64,000 nucleotides of DNA from Eledone cirrhosa (lineage: Eukaryota): NCBI GenBank assembly GCA_964016885.1, contig OZ024743.1, forward strand, positions 58,032,001 through 58,096,000, read 5' to 3'. Position 1 is the stretch's first letter. The number at the start of each line of letters is the position of its first letter. Of the stretch, positions 25,066-39,817 are shown piece after piece. The notes below the pieces were generated by a model. That model searched no databases. It worked only from the letters and a program-made list of their open reading frames with translations, and was not told the DNA's origin. The position numbers and the translations under genes are program-made.

Positions 25066-25746
25066 CCCCCCCCCATATATATATATTTATTATTAAGATA
25101 TATAAACTCGACATAACTATTATCATCTTATATTCTCTCAACTAATCACATTTGATTATATTTCTCTATCCCGTTTTCTCCCCCCATATTTATAATATTT
25201 TTATTTGAAAAAATCGGTTTTTTTACATTGTGTTTTTCCCTTTCTAATACTTGCTTATATTTCTTTATATATTCTCTATATATTTTTTTATTTATATATA
25301 TATATTTTTTATCTTTATTCTTATTTTCACTTTTATCCTTCTTAATATTTTACCTTATTCTTACTTTTATACCTTATTATAGTGTAATCTTCCCCATGCC
25401 TTATTATACATTATTAATTATAGATTATTATTATTACTCTTTTTCCATTTCTAATTACCTCATGTACTTTCTCCTCCATTATATATATATTGTATGCCCT
25501 TTGTGTGTGTTTAGCCTCTGCACACCCTCTGCACCCTACTATCGACGCCACCCCATCTATGGCCCAACTAACCACTCGACTCCCGGGAATGAATATGACC
25601 ACAGCTAATAAACAAGGAACCACACCCCACCCTCCCGCACCAAAATTAGACTTATCGTCCCCTGCTTTTGCTCTTTATTCTCTTTACTCTTTGTTCTTGA
25701 ATGTTTGGTTGGTAGAGTCCATAACACCAATCAAACCCCTTTTATA

Positions 25747-25791
25747 GCTCTGACGAAACCTACGGTTACGTAAGGAAGAAACATTGTAAGC
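25747..25791 (+). ncRNA. Minimal type I hammerhead ribozyme (PLE-type)
   Basis: GCT CTGACGA aaCCTACG gtta CGTAaGGaa GAAA CATTG TA AGC, about 45 nt upstream of a (TA)n run. Confidence 0.65.
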
Positions 25792-25833
25792 CAATAAAAA
25801 TCTGTTGATGTTGTAGACGCTCTTGTGTTCTTT

Positions 25834-25876
<43 letters not shown>

Positions 25877-25899
25877 ATCAGTTCTGTGAAAACTGCGAC

Positions 25900-26355
25900 A
25901 CGCTTCCTCTGACGGAAGCCTGCCTAGTACACTCTGCATGTAAATGGAGTTCCGCTGAAGCAGGCGGAAAAGTTCAAGTATCTCGGGGCCGCATTGATGT
26001 GTGATGGAAGGCAGGAGGCTGAATTAAGTGCAAGAATTGCAGGAGCTGGTTCAGTAATGCGCCAGCTTCAGCATTCCGTAATAAGAAGAAGGGAAGTAAA
26101 TGTAAAAGCCTGAGTCGCTATCTTCAATTCGTTCCAGCCCTTACCTATGGCCATGTATATTTGGTATTGACCGAAAAAGACGATCGCGAATACAAACGGG
26201 CGAAATGGGGTTCCTTCGAAAGGTTTTGGAGTAACGTTACGCGACATAGTGCGTAGCTCGGAGATCAGACAATCACTCCAGCTAGTACCGCTACTTCTCC
26301 AAATTAAGAGACCACAGCTCCGATACTATAGGCATGAGATTAGAATGTTCCAGGG
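25900..26355 (+). mobile_element. Degenerate RTE LINE fragment (RT thumb and downstream)
   Basis: Translates LHVNGVPLKQAEKFKYLG...DGRQEAELSARI. Confidence 0.75.
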
Positions 26356-26849
26356 GAAAAATATGTCCCTTCACATTCGAGGGAAACCATTACTAACTGT
26401 TAAAAACTAAGTATTTAAAAAAATGAATGTTGTTTTCTACGGTTGCTCTTGAAAGTCGCCAGACATTTCTTCTCTTGCCCTCCATTGTCTTACCTTTTCC
26501 TCATTTTTTTCTTTTGTATTACTTTTCTCTTTTCCTCTTTATTTTCAGTGGCATCGAATACCACCGCACCACATAGAGGTTAGGGTTTGACTTTAAGGTT
26601 AAATTTTAATGTCAGAAGAAGGGGTGAACTTTTAAAAAATGAAACTTAGTACATAATGTTATTCCAAAACAGACCACATCCATTCTCCTCTAAATCGGCT
26701 TCTTTTTTCTTTATATAAATTGGGAAGGACAAATAACATTATTGACATAAAGACTTCAAACTCAATTGTATATATTTGTAAACAGAACAAATTTAAACAT
26801 GAAAAGAGTATAAGAGTGGAGAAAGAGAAAATATTAAACAAATTGGATA

Positions 26850-27005
26850 CCCGCTGTATCAGCTAATCCACCTCACTGGTGGCTTTCTTCAAACGAAAAG
26901 CCCTCCATCAGATTTTGCCGAAGAAGTTGGCAGACAGGGCGCCAAGAACACCTGAAGTTTCGATGGCAACCGACACAAAAATGGAATAGTCAATCAAAGC
27001 TCGGT
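26850..27005 (-). mobile_element. Possible CRE-like RLE C-terminal fragment
   Basis: YSIFVSVAIETSGVLG resembles the F.P.A.ET.G..G motif of RLE retrotransposons. Confidence 0.4.
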
Positions 27006-28423
27006 ATATATATTTAACATACGTATATTCTATATTACAGTTCCACCATATATACATATATCGATCTTTATTCTCGTTCACTTCATTTACTGTTCTCTTT
27101 TGCAATACATTCTATAATTGAGTCGTTTGAACGACCAATGAAAGCACTCCGTTCCACTCAATAAGCTCCAGTAATCACTGAAGCAGATGTAACTGTAAAG
27201 ATGTGTGTTTGTGTAATGTAAACACGTGTGCTGGCATATATTTACTCAAACAGTCTATCTATTGATTACCTAAGTTGACAGGTTTCTAACTACGAGGTAA
27301 AGTTACTAGAATCACAGAACAGAGACTGCAAATGACATTTACCAAAACATTGAAACATATTTGTATGAATAAGATATTTTTTATTTATTATATATATTGT
27401 ATTTAATTAAAATTTATGATTAATATTTCTGTGAGCAAATTTCTATAATGGCGAGAACGGAATTTTCAAATGATTTCCTTTATTTGTTTAAAGGGTGAGT
27501 TTGTGGAAGAGTTAGCTGTTATTTCTAGTAGACTATGTAAAAGCGGACTCGTTGGTTCTTGCGTCTATTCTGTATGTTTGTCGAGTTAAAATTTATCAGA
27601 GTGTGTCTACATGTTTTAATGAGTTGATATTCTTATTGTGCCGCTCCCGAATAAATACATTCAGCTCTATCTGATCCATCATATTCATCATTATTTTTTA
27701 AAGATCTGGATAGAAGTAAAATAGCAAAATGATGTGGCAGCTAATTGTAGAAAGCCGAATAATCACAAACATTTCCTACTATTGACTTGTAGTCGAGTGC
27801 GTAGAAATAACAGCTTGCTTCATAAAGTATGGCGCTATACATTCACGGGTTATGAGATCACATCTGCGTCTTGTGTTTCATTTTATTTCTATCAACAATA
27901 GGTATAACATTAACACATTTAGTGTCAGTTCAGTATTCAGATAAAATTGTCAACAATTGTTTCGAGGTCGATAAAAAAAGTAGCAGTCAAGTATTGAGGT
28001 CAATTCTTCCTCTATATCTCTTTCTCACTTCCATTCTATCATTCTCTGTCCTTCTCTGGAAGAAATATGTTGTATTCAGACGTAGTACTGCGGAACATTT
28101 CACATGGGATGTTCGTCTATTTACAGGCACACTACACGCATTTCTTATGTCTCTGCCAGTCTGTTCAGATTTCGCAGACGTTGAGGAATAAATTACCAGT
28201 TCAGGGGTGGAAATACATTTCAGGAATAATTGTTAAAGAACCGTCAAGATGATTTGCGATATCTTATCCGGCTCAATGTTTTCTGAATTAAAATCCCGTC
28301 GTCTCCTTCGGCCAGAATTGCGACCGGCAAGTAGTATCAGCAATGGAAAGACTAATGGAAATATACCTTCCTTGATCGGATTTGACAATAAGTTTCTTTA
28401 CTCTTATTTTGTTTATGTAATTA

Positions 28424-28619
28424 CAGACCTATCAAATCTCCCCGTCCGACGATGAGATCTACCACCCACTTTGAGGTGGGTGAGAGATGTCTTCTCTTGA
28501 GAAAATGGGTATAGCTTTCATTAAGTAAAATCTCCCCATTTTGCACCATTTCTCCCAGGTTTCGGGGCACTTTTTTTTCATGGTACTCCTCGCATGGGTT
28601 TTAGAGGTTGGCAGGTCTG
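28424..28619. mobile_element. MITE-like element with ~17-bp imperfect TIRs
   Basis: CAGACCTATCAAATCTC ... GAGGTTGGCAGGTCTG, flanked by TA on both sides. Confidence 0.6.
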
Positions 28620-29314
28620 TAATATTTATTTTTGATAGAATGACATATAAAAACAACAGAAATATATGGTTTCATTTTGCAACTAAATTTTCTCTAAACT
28701 AAAATCAACACCCTGTTGTTTTCATAAGTCCCGACTGTTTATATAACTACTAGCCTTAAACAAATCAATAACTACATACACACATATATAATTTTACATT
28801 GCTACATCATCTGGCTTTTAAGATCTTTCTAGTTATTCTGTCACTAAATGACGATCGCAATTGGATTTCTGATGGCATTTGCTGTGACAATCGATTATTC
28901 TCCCTTTTCCATTTTTATATTTCTTTGTTTTTTATCTTTTGTTGTCGAAGGATTTACGATAATTTATTCTATGAATATAAAGTAGGACATCGGATTTCAA
29001 AGTGATAATTTAGTCAATAATTATAAAGTAAACCAGCTTTCAAAACGATTAGAGTTCTTCTGGAAACAAATCGAAACTAATGTTTTAAAAGTACAGAGAA
29101 TCGGGTATTTTATATTATATAACAATTATTTTCAACTTAGATAAATAGTGTTTCCTTTCATAAGTAAGTCTGATTTGTATTTACCTTCTTAAATCTTGAG
29201 TATATTTCCCAATCTCCTTCTTGTGTTGGTTTGTTGTATAATAAGGATATTACTCTCTTTACTGTTGATGTTATAGTTGTGTTATATATATTTCATTATA
29301 TATATATATATATA

Positions 29315-29424
29315 GGAAAAAGTTAAACCCGACGGCAGGTCAAGCTGTTTCGACGGCTATTTCTAAGTATTGAGTACTCTGGTGCGTTAAGGTCCATCTG
29401 GTTCCTTACCATACTTCCTTCGTT
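29315..29424. mobile_element. Short (TA)n-embedded repeat family, also at 32247..32365 and 36031..36181; probable PLE tail fragments
   Basis: Shared block AACCAGRTGGAC..TAACGCACCAGAGTACTC.ATACTT. Confidence 0.6.
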
Positions 29425-29467
29425 ATATATATACACATATATATACATCTCTCTCTCTCTCTCTCTC

Positions 29468-29521
<54 letters not shown>

Positions 29522-29589
29522 TATGTGTGTGTAGGCGTGCCGCGTCCATGATATACGAACCGAAGGTCCACACTACCCCACCAAACCTA

Positions 29590-29840
29590 AGCACGTGTTG
29601 ATCTCTAGATATCTGAATAAAAGATCCAACACTAAACTCGCAAGTCACGTATGGAATCTTGTAGACAGTGGCACGAATTTCTCAATAAAATGTAAGATAT
29701 TAGAAGGATCCATGCCCTATAAAAGTTTCTCAATGAGTTATGAATTGAATATACTGAAAAAACTGCACTATTCGACATGAACGCCAATTTCCTCAATCGC
29801 TACTTCTAACCACCAGCTCATTTATACACAAGAACAAGAA
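29590..29840 (+). mobile_element. Degenerate PLE GIY-YIG C-terminal fragment
   Basis: RSNTKLASHVWNLVDSG..FSI..KIL..SMPY matches RSSTKLASHVWSLKDS in 34539..35708. Confidence 0.75.
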
Positions 29841-30514
29841 AACTCACACCAGATTAAACAAAACTCTGAATATCACGGATTCCCCTCCTAATTAGTTCCA
29901 CATGGACCTTCCTCTATAGATCAAATCTCTTTTTTATTTCCCACACTTCCTATGTATGTATGCCTTACAACAATTAGCCCTATTCAATGTTCCTAGGTTA
30001 TCCCCATCTATCTCTCTTATCTACCCAATTCCCTCCCATACATTTCCTTCAACACCGTCTATACCTAAAACACAACTTGCTACACAATTCTTACACTTGC
30101 TTTCTTCTCTTTTTGATTGAAGGAAAATACCACAAACAATTACAAAATGATATCATTACAGTTTGAAAGCTGAAGACTGTATAAAGGAAAATCTGAAAAA
30201 GACGACCAGTGAAATGATTGTACTTAAATGACACCAGAGGTATTTTAATAAATACCTATATACTATGATAACCGAAAGAATACAACTGTGAATACAAGCT
30301 GTCGAAATGCGGTTCCTCCACACGCACCCCACCATATAAATATATATATGGGGCGTAGTAGGTGGGGGTGGGTGGGGTGTGTGTGTGTATCCCGGGTTCA
30401 ATCAGGCGTAACCAAAATAAGTAAGGTACTCAATACATAGTAGAGTATATACAACATCTAATATAGAAATGGCTTCTACAGAACAAGAACTGCTTTATTC
30501 GAATCACCAGGAAA

Positions 30515-30610
<96 letters not shown>

Positions 30611-30791
30611 ATCAATATATATCTATATACGTACTCTGATGTGTTGAACAGAGGTAAATAATGTATTGGAGATCGAGTGACGCAACTTCAAGCGATTAGC
30701 GATCTCTAGACTCACCTGATCAATGAAACAATTGTCAGTACTTGAAATAAAGCCCCTTATTGTGCAGCCAACCATGTTTCTCTTCATTCTT

Positions 30792-30828
<37 letters not shown>

Positions 30829-30855
30829 GTGTGTGTGTGTATATATATGTATACA

Positions 30856-30886
<31 letters not shown>

Positions 30887-31196
30887 TTATATATTGTTAT
30901 ACTTGGGGAGGGTCATATTTGTGTAATATTGCCAGAATTAATAACAGAACACACTCACTGTTTGGTTGGTTTTCGCTTTTCGCTTCTGAGTCTTTTATAT
31001 CGGTAATCTAATTTATTCGGTCCTCAATGTTGCCATTGACTGACCAACGGTCAAAAATAATACAGATACAATATAGACACAAACACATATATATAGTTTA
31101 TCAAAGTTCTTTCGTTGCACATCTGCAACATCGTCAGTGGTGCTATTGTTTCCTCCCGTTACATTGTATTTTGTACGCCATCTTTATTTCATATAT

Positions 31197-31211
31197 TTAT
31201 ATATGCATATA

Positions 31212-31286
<75 letters not shown>

Positions 31287-31349
31287 ATATATATATATAA
31301 ATATATATGTATATATATATATATAAATATATATGTATATATATATATT

Positions 31350-31406
<57 letters not shown>

Positions 31407-31476
31407 TATATATATATATATATATATATACAGTATATATATATATATATACAGTATATATATATATATATATACA

Positions 31477-31522
<46 letters not shown>

Positions 31523-31540
31523 TATATATATATATATACA

Positions 31541-31584
<44 letters not shown>
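31197..31584. repeat. (TA)n microsatellite with CAG interruptions
   Basis: Directly visible. Confidence 0.95.
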
Positions 31585-31588
<4 letters not shown>

Positions 31589-31698
31589 AATTAGCATATC
31601 TACTAACATATATATACAGATGCATAGCTATGCTAGCAAATATATAGGTTTTGTCTTAGTAACTTTGTGGTTCAATGCAAGGGGATGCAGAACAATAC

Positions 31699-32158
31699 TA
31701 TGAAATACGTAAAATAAGAAAATTATAAAAATTAACTTACTAAAATTTCACTCCAACTAATTAGTTTCTGAAAGGGAATAAACATGGTTTCCGAAGAAAC
31801 GCACGGAGAAATCCTTTCGTCATCAGGGAAGTCTATTCTCAGCTAAGTTCCCAGGCAATGCATGGACACAGAGAACTTATACAAAAATATTTCAGTGGAT
31901 GGAAAAAAGCAAAGCGTGGACTAAGTTCCAAGACATTAGTCCACGCTTTGCTTTTTTCCATCCACTGAATTATTTTTGTATAAGTTCCCTGTGTCCACGC
32001 AATGCCTGGGAACTTAGCTGAGAATAGAGTTCCCTGATGACGAAAGGATTTCTCCGTGCGTTTCTTCGGAAACCATGTTTATTCCCTTTCAGAAACTAAT
32101 TAGTTGGAGTGAAATTTTAGTAAGTAAGTTAATTTTTATAATTTTCTTATTTTACGTC

Positions 32159-32165
<7 letters not shown>
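31699..32165. mobile_element. Fold-back PLE pLTR pair (arms 31699..31924 and 31936..32165) with an HHR core in each arm
   Basis: Near-perfect inverted repeat. CTGATGA-CGAA...TTCG-GAAA-CCATGTT at 32034..32079. Confidence 0.8.
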
Positions 32166-32197
<32 letters not shown>

Positions 32198-32952
32198 TAA
32201 TAATAAATGTGAAGACTAAAATCCAAAGAGGTCTCGATATATACATATAACGAAGGAAGTGTTGTTAGGAACCAGGTGGACCATAACGCACCAGAGTACT
32301 CCATACTTTGGGTAGTAGAGTGGGTAATAGGAAAAGAGTAAGAACCCCGACGGCTATTTCTGGACTAAATTAAATTTTTATCGTGGTGTTGATATACCCG
32401 ATCCCTTCAAGGGGTAATTCCATATGTGGGCATGCGATGGTCAGGCATTTCTGAAGGTTGTTGTTATCAAAAGGAGTGGTCGAAGTTCTTTGTGAACACA
32501 GTTAAATCTTTCATTGGCTGAACTTGCCAAAGGGGGAATGGGTGAAGCCGATCAAGCGTTAAGAGTGAATTCTATATAACTATTTCTAAAGAGTAGATAA
32601 AATAGGCTAACTACAAAGCATAGCGAAAATAGAATTATACAAGAATCTGAAAGATGGGAACTTTATAAAATTAAAGAACTAGGGTCTAAAACAAGAAAAA
32701 CTGAATTAATAAAATACATCTAATTCAGTACCCCGTGGTTTCGTCTCATAACGGTAAATTATCAATAACGATGCCCCCATCCCCCCCCCCCCCAAAAAAA
32801 AAAGGAAACAACTGGTATATTTATAGCTGGTGTTGTGTTTTCAGCCAATGCTATATAGATTTCACAGAGGTGGGGTACTGAGGCTACAAAAACCCGATGA
32901 GCTGCCTCAGGGTAAGCGAAAGAGGAAAAAGGAAAAGGAAACTACAACATTT

Positions 32953-33056
<104 letters not shown>

Positions 33057-33605
33057 TGGAACACTGGAAGGTAATATCCGTAGTGGTAGAGCACTCAGTC
33101 CAAGAGACGTGTTAGGTAGAAGTGGTTACACAACAGTTAGTTCACCATACCGAGAACAATTGTTTCACCTTCGCGGATCTTCAGCTCAGGTTGTGTATGG
33201 TTATAGGAACAGGAAGGAGAACCGTACGAACGCGCATGCGCAGAAACTCGGTCACTTCACACAGGCAATACTAGACTGCGTGCGGGAGATGTAAGGGAGA
33301 TAACTGCGAAAGTTCAGAAAGTTTTTAGGTTGAAAATAAAATTAAAAAAAATTAAAAATAAAATTACAAAGAATCAGTCCGGAGCCTTGTAGTTATGCAA
33401 TAGATGTTTGGTGACGTGTGGACAACGTGTGAAATTTCACTTCTCGTGTTTAGGCAATCACTATTGCGTAATCTCTTTAGGATAGTTATTCGTTCGTCAA
33501 TACATAAACCACACGTCGGATTTCCCCTTGCGTATGGCTTGGACTTAGTGATGGATTTCCATTGAATGGAGTAGCCTATACTTGAGTCCTTGAGGGACCA
33601 TACGT

Positions 33606-35708
33606 ATGGATTTATACGAACTGAATTACTCCCTGAAGAACATTCCAACTCCCTCCAACCATGTTTACCAAAAGCTCCTCCTACAAAAAGCGGAAGATGT
33701 CGTCAGACGTTTAAGATGGCGAGCCCTAGCTTTCGACGGCAAAATTACAGGCACCAACAACACCTTCAACCTGAAATTGAGAGCCTACCCTCCTAAGGTA
33801 ACCGAACTTGCTCCTTTCGAGACGGGCCTTCTTGCCTTAGTCGCTAACATTTCCTTTCGCAAACACACTAACACCTTTCAAACGAAACTCAGAAACGATA
33901 TTAAGAAATTTAGGTCTTCTCATAACACCTTCGTCCTTTCCGACAAAACTAATAATATTTACGAAGTCGACAACACCACTTTACGCCACCTGGCCCATAA
34001 CGCTATTACTTCTAAATATAAGAAAGCTAACCCTATGGACTACCACGACATTAATACAGAAGCCAAGGAACTCGCCACCGACCTTAAGGTAGATAAGAAG
34101 CTACAATCTCTAGCTAAGCGGGAGGCGTTCCTCACCCTGAAAGATCACAAGGTAGACTTTACTTCTAACCCCACATGTAGACTAATAAACCCGGCATGCA
34201 CAGATATGGGACTAGTCAGTAAGGCCATACTTAGAAACATAGTTAAGACCATTAGGACCAAGTACAACCTGCCCCAGTGGGAGAACAGCGACTCCGTAAT
34301 TAAGTGGTTCAACTCCTTAAAATCCCCAAAAGCGAAGTTCACACAGTTTGACATTGTCGATTTTTACCCGTCGATCTCAGAGACCCTGTTAAACAAAGCG
34401 TTGGACTTCGCTACCACTTATATCATCGTTGATGGTTTAGACAGGGAAATCGTCGCTCACTGCCGGAAAACCCTCCTCTTCAACGACGGAGAAGCCTAGG
34501 CAAAGAAGTTTACATCTTCAGACCTGTTCGACGTCTCCATGGGATCGTTTGACTGTGCTGACGTATGTGACTTGGTTGGCCTTTTTATCTTAGACATATT
34601 ACGTGTTAGATTCCCGGACTTCCACACGGGAATATATCGTGACGATGGACTGACTTTATCGAGCCATAAAAGTTGTCACGACCTCGACCGGTTTAAAAAA
34701 GACTTAGCTTCTACCTTCAATGAGTTAGGGCTTAGGATAACAGTAGCCACCATCCTCTCTAGCGTAGATAATTTAGACCTACGCACACACACCCACATAC
34801 CCTTCTATAAGCTAAACGAGAAACTTAATTACATTCAAAAGGACTCATGCCACCCTCCCACTGTTTTTAGAAACTTCGTTAAGAATATCAGTACTAGAAT
34901 CTCAAACCTCTCCTCTAATAAGGCTATCTTTGACAGGGCGGCACCCTACTATAACACGGCGTTGGCTAACAGCGGCCTCTCACAACCTATCACCTACTCT
35001 CCCACTAGCAACAACACCATTAAGGAAAATAAGCGCATCAATAGACAAACTATCTGGTTCTCTCCTCCCTTCTCACTCAACGTTAAACCTAATGTAGGAA
35101 AAACAATTCTAGCCCTCTTAGATAGACACTTTCCCATAGGTCATAAATACCGCTCCACCCTTAACCGACACAAAGTTAAACTAGGATACTTCTGCGCTAA
35201 GAACATGAAGGCCCACACCAGCAGCAGCCCTAGGAGCAACACCCCACCAGGGTGCTCTTGCCGTAAGCCTGAAGCTTGCCCCCCCCCCCTTCAACAGCAA
35301 TGCAATACACCAGCTTTAATCTATGAAGCTGTGGTCACTTCCAACCGACCAAACGAACCACAGGAGGTCAATTCTTATGTGGGCATGCCGGAGGGCCGAT
35401 TCAAGGAGCGTTTCCTGAACCACCAGTCTTACTTCAGATACCCGGACAGACGTTCATCCACGAAACTCGCGAGCCACGTATGGTCCCTCAAGGACTCAAG
35501 TATAGGCTACTCCATTCAATGGAAGGCCATCACTAAGTCCAAGCCATACGCAAGGGGAAATCCGACGTGTGGTTTATGTATTGACGAACGAATAACTATC
35601 CTAAAGAGATTACGCAATAGTGATTGCCTAAACACGAGAAGTGAATTTTTCACACGTTGTCCACACGTCACCAAACATCTATTGCATAACTACAAGGCTC
35701 CGGACTGA
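33606..35708 (+). pseudogene. PLE polyprotein (~700 codons) interrupted by one in-frame TAG at 34497
   Basis: ORFs 33606..34499 and 34539..35708 share a frame. Motifs: YSLKNIP, DIVDFYPSI, MGSFD, YRDD, CSC..CP, LIY..YVG, R..NH, KPY, CGLC..E, LN.RSE...C.H. Confidence 0.9.
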
Positions 35709-35892
35709 TTCTTTGTAATTTTATTTTTAATTTTTTTAAATTTTATTTTCAACCTAAAAACTTTCTGGACTTTCGCAGTTATTTCCCTTACACCTCCCGC
35801 ACGCAGTCTAGTATTGCCTGTGTGAAGTGACCGAGTTTCTGAACATGCGCGTTCGTACGGTTGTCCTTCCTGTTCCTATAACCATACACATC

Positions 35893-35932
35893 CCGAGCTG
35901 AAGATCCGCGAAGGTGAAACAATTGTTCTGAG
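35893..35932 (+). ncRNA. Minimal HHR in pLTR (mirror copy ~33150..33190 on -)
   Basis: CTGAAGA-TCCGCGAAGGT-GAAA-CAATTG-TT. Stem III is palindromic, and stem I (CTGAG/CTCGG) is intact in the mirror copy. Confidence 0.8.
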
Positions 35933-35960
35933 TATGGTGAACTAACTCTTGTGGAACCAC

Positions 35961-36034
<74 letters not shown>

Positions 36035-36299
36035 CAAATAAGGTGTGGTAAGAAACCAGGTGGACAATAACGCACCAGAGTACTCGATACTTAGGGTAGT
36101 AGAGTGGGTACAGATAGATCCGAACGGATCTAGCTGTCGAAACGGCCGGAGCTCAGACGTCGCGGTCCTGACTCTTTTCCTATATATATATATATATATA
36201 TATACGTATATACTTAGGTTTTCAGCAGAAATATTCTGTTAAAGGACGCCACGCATAGGGCGGACAGTGATACGCCCACCAGATATGATGGTTATTTGC

Positions 36300-37180
36300 G
36301 ATATAATCGGGCAGCTACCGGACGATTGAGCAGCCCCAGATCAACAGCGGTAAAATACTAGGGGAGATAGAGTAATGGGTGGTGCCTTCAGCTACTAAGA
36401 ACACCTTCAAAACCCGTGAAGTAGCTATGAAGGGGCGAATAAAGGCCAACTCTAAAAAAGCCTAGACTTCGCAGGTTTGAGAAAAGTACTAGATTGATGA
36501 GTGGCGCGAATAAGGCCATCAAATCTGCAATGTGGCCAAAGAAAATAGAACCACACCGCAACCTCATTCGTTTGGATTAAAAAGGAACGAAATCAGGCCT
36601 TAAGTAGTGGAGCCTGTTCGAAAAATATATTGCAATCTCCATGTGTTCTGGCTGACCATACGCCAATGTTGTAACAAGAAACCCTCGTCTATACATGCTA
36701 TCTGGAATGCATCAGTGGTTCTCCTCTTTGACAGAGATGCATCCTCACGAGGTGAAGATAATACTTTGCTGATCTAAACCCGATCACAAAAGCATCCTCT
36801 GATGTACACGAGGTGTATCAGGGAGCAATGACTAATTTCTCGGAGGCTGAGGTAACAAGAGCAATTTAAGAGCTTAAATGTGGCAAGGCTACCGGGAGGA
36901 TGAAATTCAGCCTGTGAGGTTAAAAGGCTTAAAAAGAGAAGATATTGTTTGGGTGACTCAGTTGTTGGATCTCTGGAAAGGCACCTAAGTAATGACAATC
37001 GGAAGTGATAATCCCTAGTTTCAAAAAAGGAGACAAGAGAGATTGCTCCAATTATAGAAGGAGCTCCTTCTTAAGCTTCTCCGGCAGATCGATGCAGTGA
37101 GATTGTCGAGTCCAAGTCAGTTGATAAAGGGAGTGTTGTTCGCTTCAGAAGTAGCACAGCCGACTAAATATTCACACTGC
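36300..37180 (+). mobile_element. Highly degenerate RTE-like LINE fragment (pre-RT and RT start)
   Basis: Remnants KA.G.DEI.P and P.FKKGDKRDCSNYR near 36885..37075. Confidence 0.6.
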
Positions 37181-37261
37181 GATTGCAATAAATGATACCT
37201 TAGAAACGAAAAATAAAATATATATATAAGTCGATCGACAAATATATATATATATTATATA

Positions 37262-37410
<149 letters not shown>

Positions 37411-37675
37411 CATATATATATGTGGGTGTATGTATATATATATATATATATGCGGCTGTCTGTGACCTATATACACCGGTCATAGACACACACACACACA
37501 CATACAAACACACACATATATTATATGTATATATATATATACATATCTATCTATCTATCTATCTATCTATGAATAAAGAAACATATCTATCTAACTATAT
37601 ATATATAGTAATAATTAATGTGAAGACTAAAATCCGAAGAGGGCTCGATAAGTATTTTTTATATATATATATATA

Positions 37676-37727
<52 letters not shown>

Positions 37728-37732
<5 letters not shown>

Positions 37733-37963
37733 ATAATAATAAAATTGAAGACTAAAATCCAAAGAGGGCTCGATAAGGAAAATATATATCAAATATATAA
37801 GAACCGTAGAGCAAATATTTATTAAAATAACAGATTAAAGTTTAAGCAAAGAATCGCTGCTTTCACCCTTAACGGGATCTTCTGAAACTCAGAGTTTCAG
37901 AAGATCCCGTTAAGGGTGAAAGCAGCGATTCTTTGCTTAAACTTTAATCTGTTATTTTAATAA

Positions 37964-37966
<3 letters not shown>
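37728..37966. mobile_element. Mini fold-back of a PLE 3' end (arms 37816..37890 and 37892..37966)
   Basis: 75-bp inverted repeat with a 1-nt spacer; same sequence as the ends of the 38024..39817 element. Confidence 0.85.
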
Positions 37967-38023
<57 letters not shown>

Positions 38024-38027
<4 letters not shown>

Positions 38028-39817
38028 ATAATAATAAAATTGAAGACTAAAATCCTAAGAGGGCTCGATATATCAAATATATAAGAACCGTAGAACAAAT
38101 ATTTATTAAAATAACAGATTAAAGTTTAAGCAAAGAATCGCTGCTTTCACCCTTAACGGGATCTTCTGAAACTAACAAAGTCAATCTGTAAACGCAGAAC
38201 TGGATATTTCAAAAAACGTTGCAACCGGAGGAAGACAGGAAGACGATACTTTGGTTCGTGGTAACGTTCGCTGGCAAAGAACGGGAAAAAACGAATAATA
38301 CGTCATTAATAGGAGCGGTGAAAAACAATTACGCGCAAAGACAGAACCACGTTTATGGTATAAAAGAGATCGTAGACTAATGTTCTCTTAGGTGGTGCAT
38401 AGAGACGTTCTCTGGCAATGAACGAAAAAACGAAGATAATAAGTCATATGTGGATCGTGGAGAACAATAGCACGCAAAGACAAAACCACGTAAATGGTAT
38501 AGCAGAAGTTGTAGACTAAAATTCTAACTAGGAGACCAAATGAATCTCCGTTACAGAGTTAAGAACAAAGTAAATAAATACAATACAGAAGTAATATAAA
38601 CAAATAAATACATACACGCAAACAGATACGTACATACACAAGCATACGCAAAACCTTACCAGAGGTATACAAAACCACGCACATATAAATATGTGTGTGT
38701 GTGTATGCTTGTGTACAAATAAATAATTATATAAACGTATATAAATAAATAAATACGTATATAACAAGCGCACACACATACCTACAAATAAATACACGAA
38801 TGTTCGGAGACGTAAGTCAACTACAACAAGAAGTACACATATACACACACCAACCATACGTACGAACCTGCATAATCACGCAGACGAAAAACTCCCGTAT
38901 ACACATAGCCAAACCCTAAATACCAGAATATGTAAAAATGATACGCCAAAACAGTCAAATATACGTACGAGAAGGTATACATACCTTCACAAAACATACG
39001 GGTAATATATACTTACCTATGCAAATAAGTAAAGGAATAAACAAAACATATACTTAGCTCCCACATCAAGACATAAAATATCCACGTATAGATCGTGCTA
39101 TCCGTTAGGGTATAACGTGGGGCTGTAATACAGGAAAGTTTTGTGCAATTTATGTTTACAAGCCGAAATTGCCTCAGATTTTTTGTTTAAGATGTGGTCT
39201 GTGGCGTAGAGTATTTCCAGGGCCTCAGCGGCGCAGCGGTCACATGGTCTTTTATTTCCGTTATAGGATCTCCCAGTGTAACTTATATTGGGTGTGGTTG
39301 TCTTTTAGACTCCAGATATAAGCTGAAAGTGACGTCATATTCCTTCTTAGAGGGTAACGAAAAGAATGGGTATGCATGTAAAGACGCTGCTTGAAACTAT
39401 TGGCGGTTAACACTATGTAGGCCCTACGGGACGTGGGTGTTACAACCTTACATTTGTAGACAATGTTACTAGATAGGCATTTCCCGGATAGGGGGCAATC
39501 AGCCCGATTCCTACAATTACAGTTATTACTAACTACAGGGTTGCACGTGTTCCTACGGCTAGGTAGTTTAGCTAAATTTGAAGCTGTGATGTTATGTGCA
39601 AGGTTAGGAGTCGGAGAGTAAGAAATTTTAATAGTATTTCTATTAAAAATTTTACTATATTTATGTGTAGGGGGAAAATGCTTCGTAATAAGGGAAAGAA
39701 AGATCTTAGCTAATGGTGTGGCCACTTCCATATTATATTGTTAGTTTCAGAAGATCCCGTTAAGGGTGAAAGCAGCGATTCTTTGCTTAAACTTTAATCT
39801 GTTATTTTAATAAATAT
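38024..39817 (-). mobile_element. 5'-truncated PLE (GIY-YIG domain + long 3' UTR) with inverted 3' cap
   Basis: ORF 39261..39731: CNCRNRADCPLSGKC, NIVY..AYIV, FKQR..H, LS.YIWSLKD. 39738..39817 is the reverse complement of 38099..38178. Confidence 0.88.

Noticed and set aside
27871-28455. Short ORFs in the non-repetitive 27-29 kb stretch
   Set aside because: No motifs and many stops in all frames; cannot be assigned without a homology search.
32895-32925. CCGATGA-GC..GC-GAAA and 30716 CTGATCAATGAAACAATTGTC HHR-like motifs
   Set aside because: Core mutated or stem II missing; at best decayed, so not listed as features.
34497-34499. In-frame stop as programmed recoding (selenocysteine, as in some Naiad PLEs)
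   Set aside because: The codon is TAG, not TGA, and sits where Trp is expected; a simple nonsense mutation is likelier.
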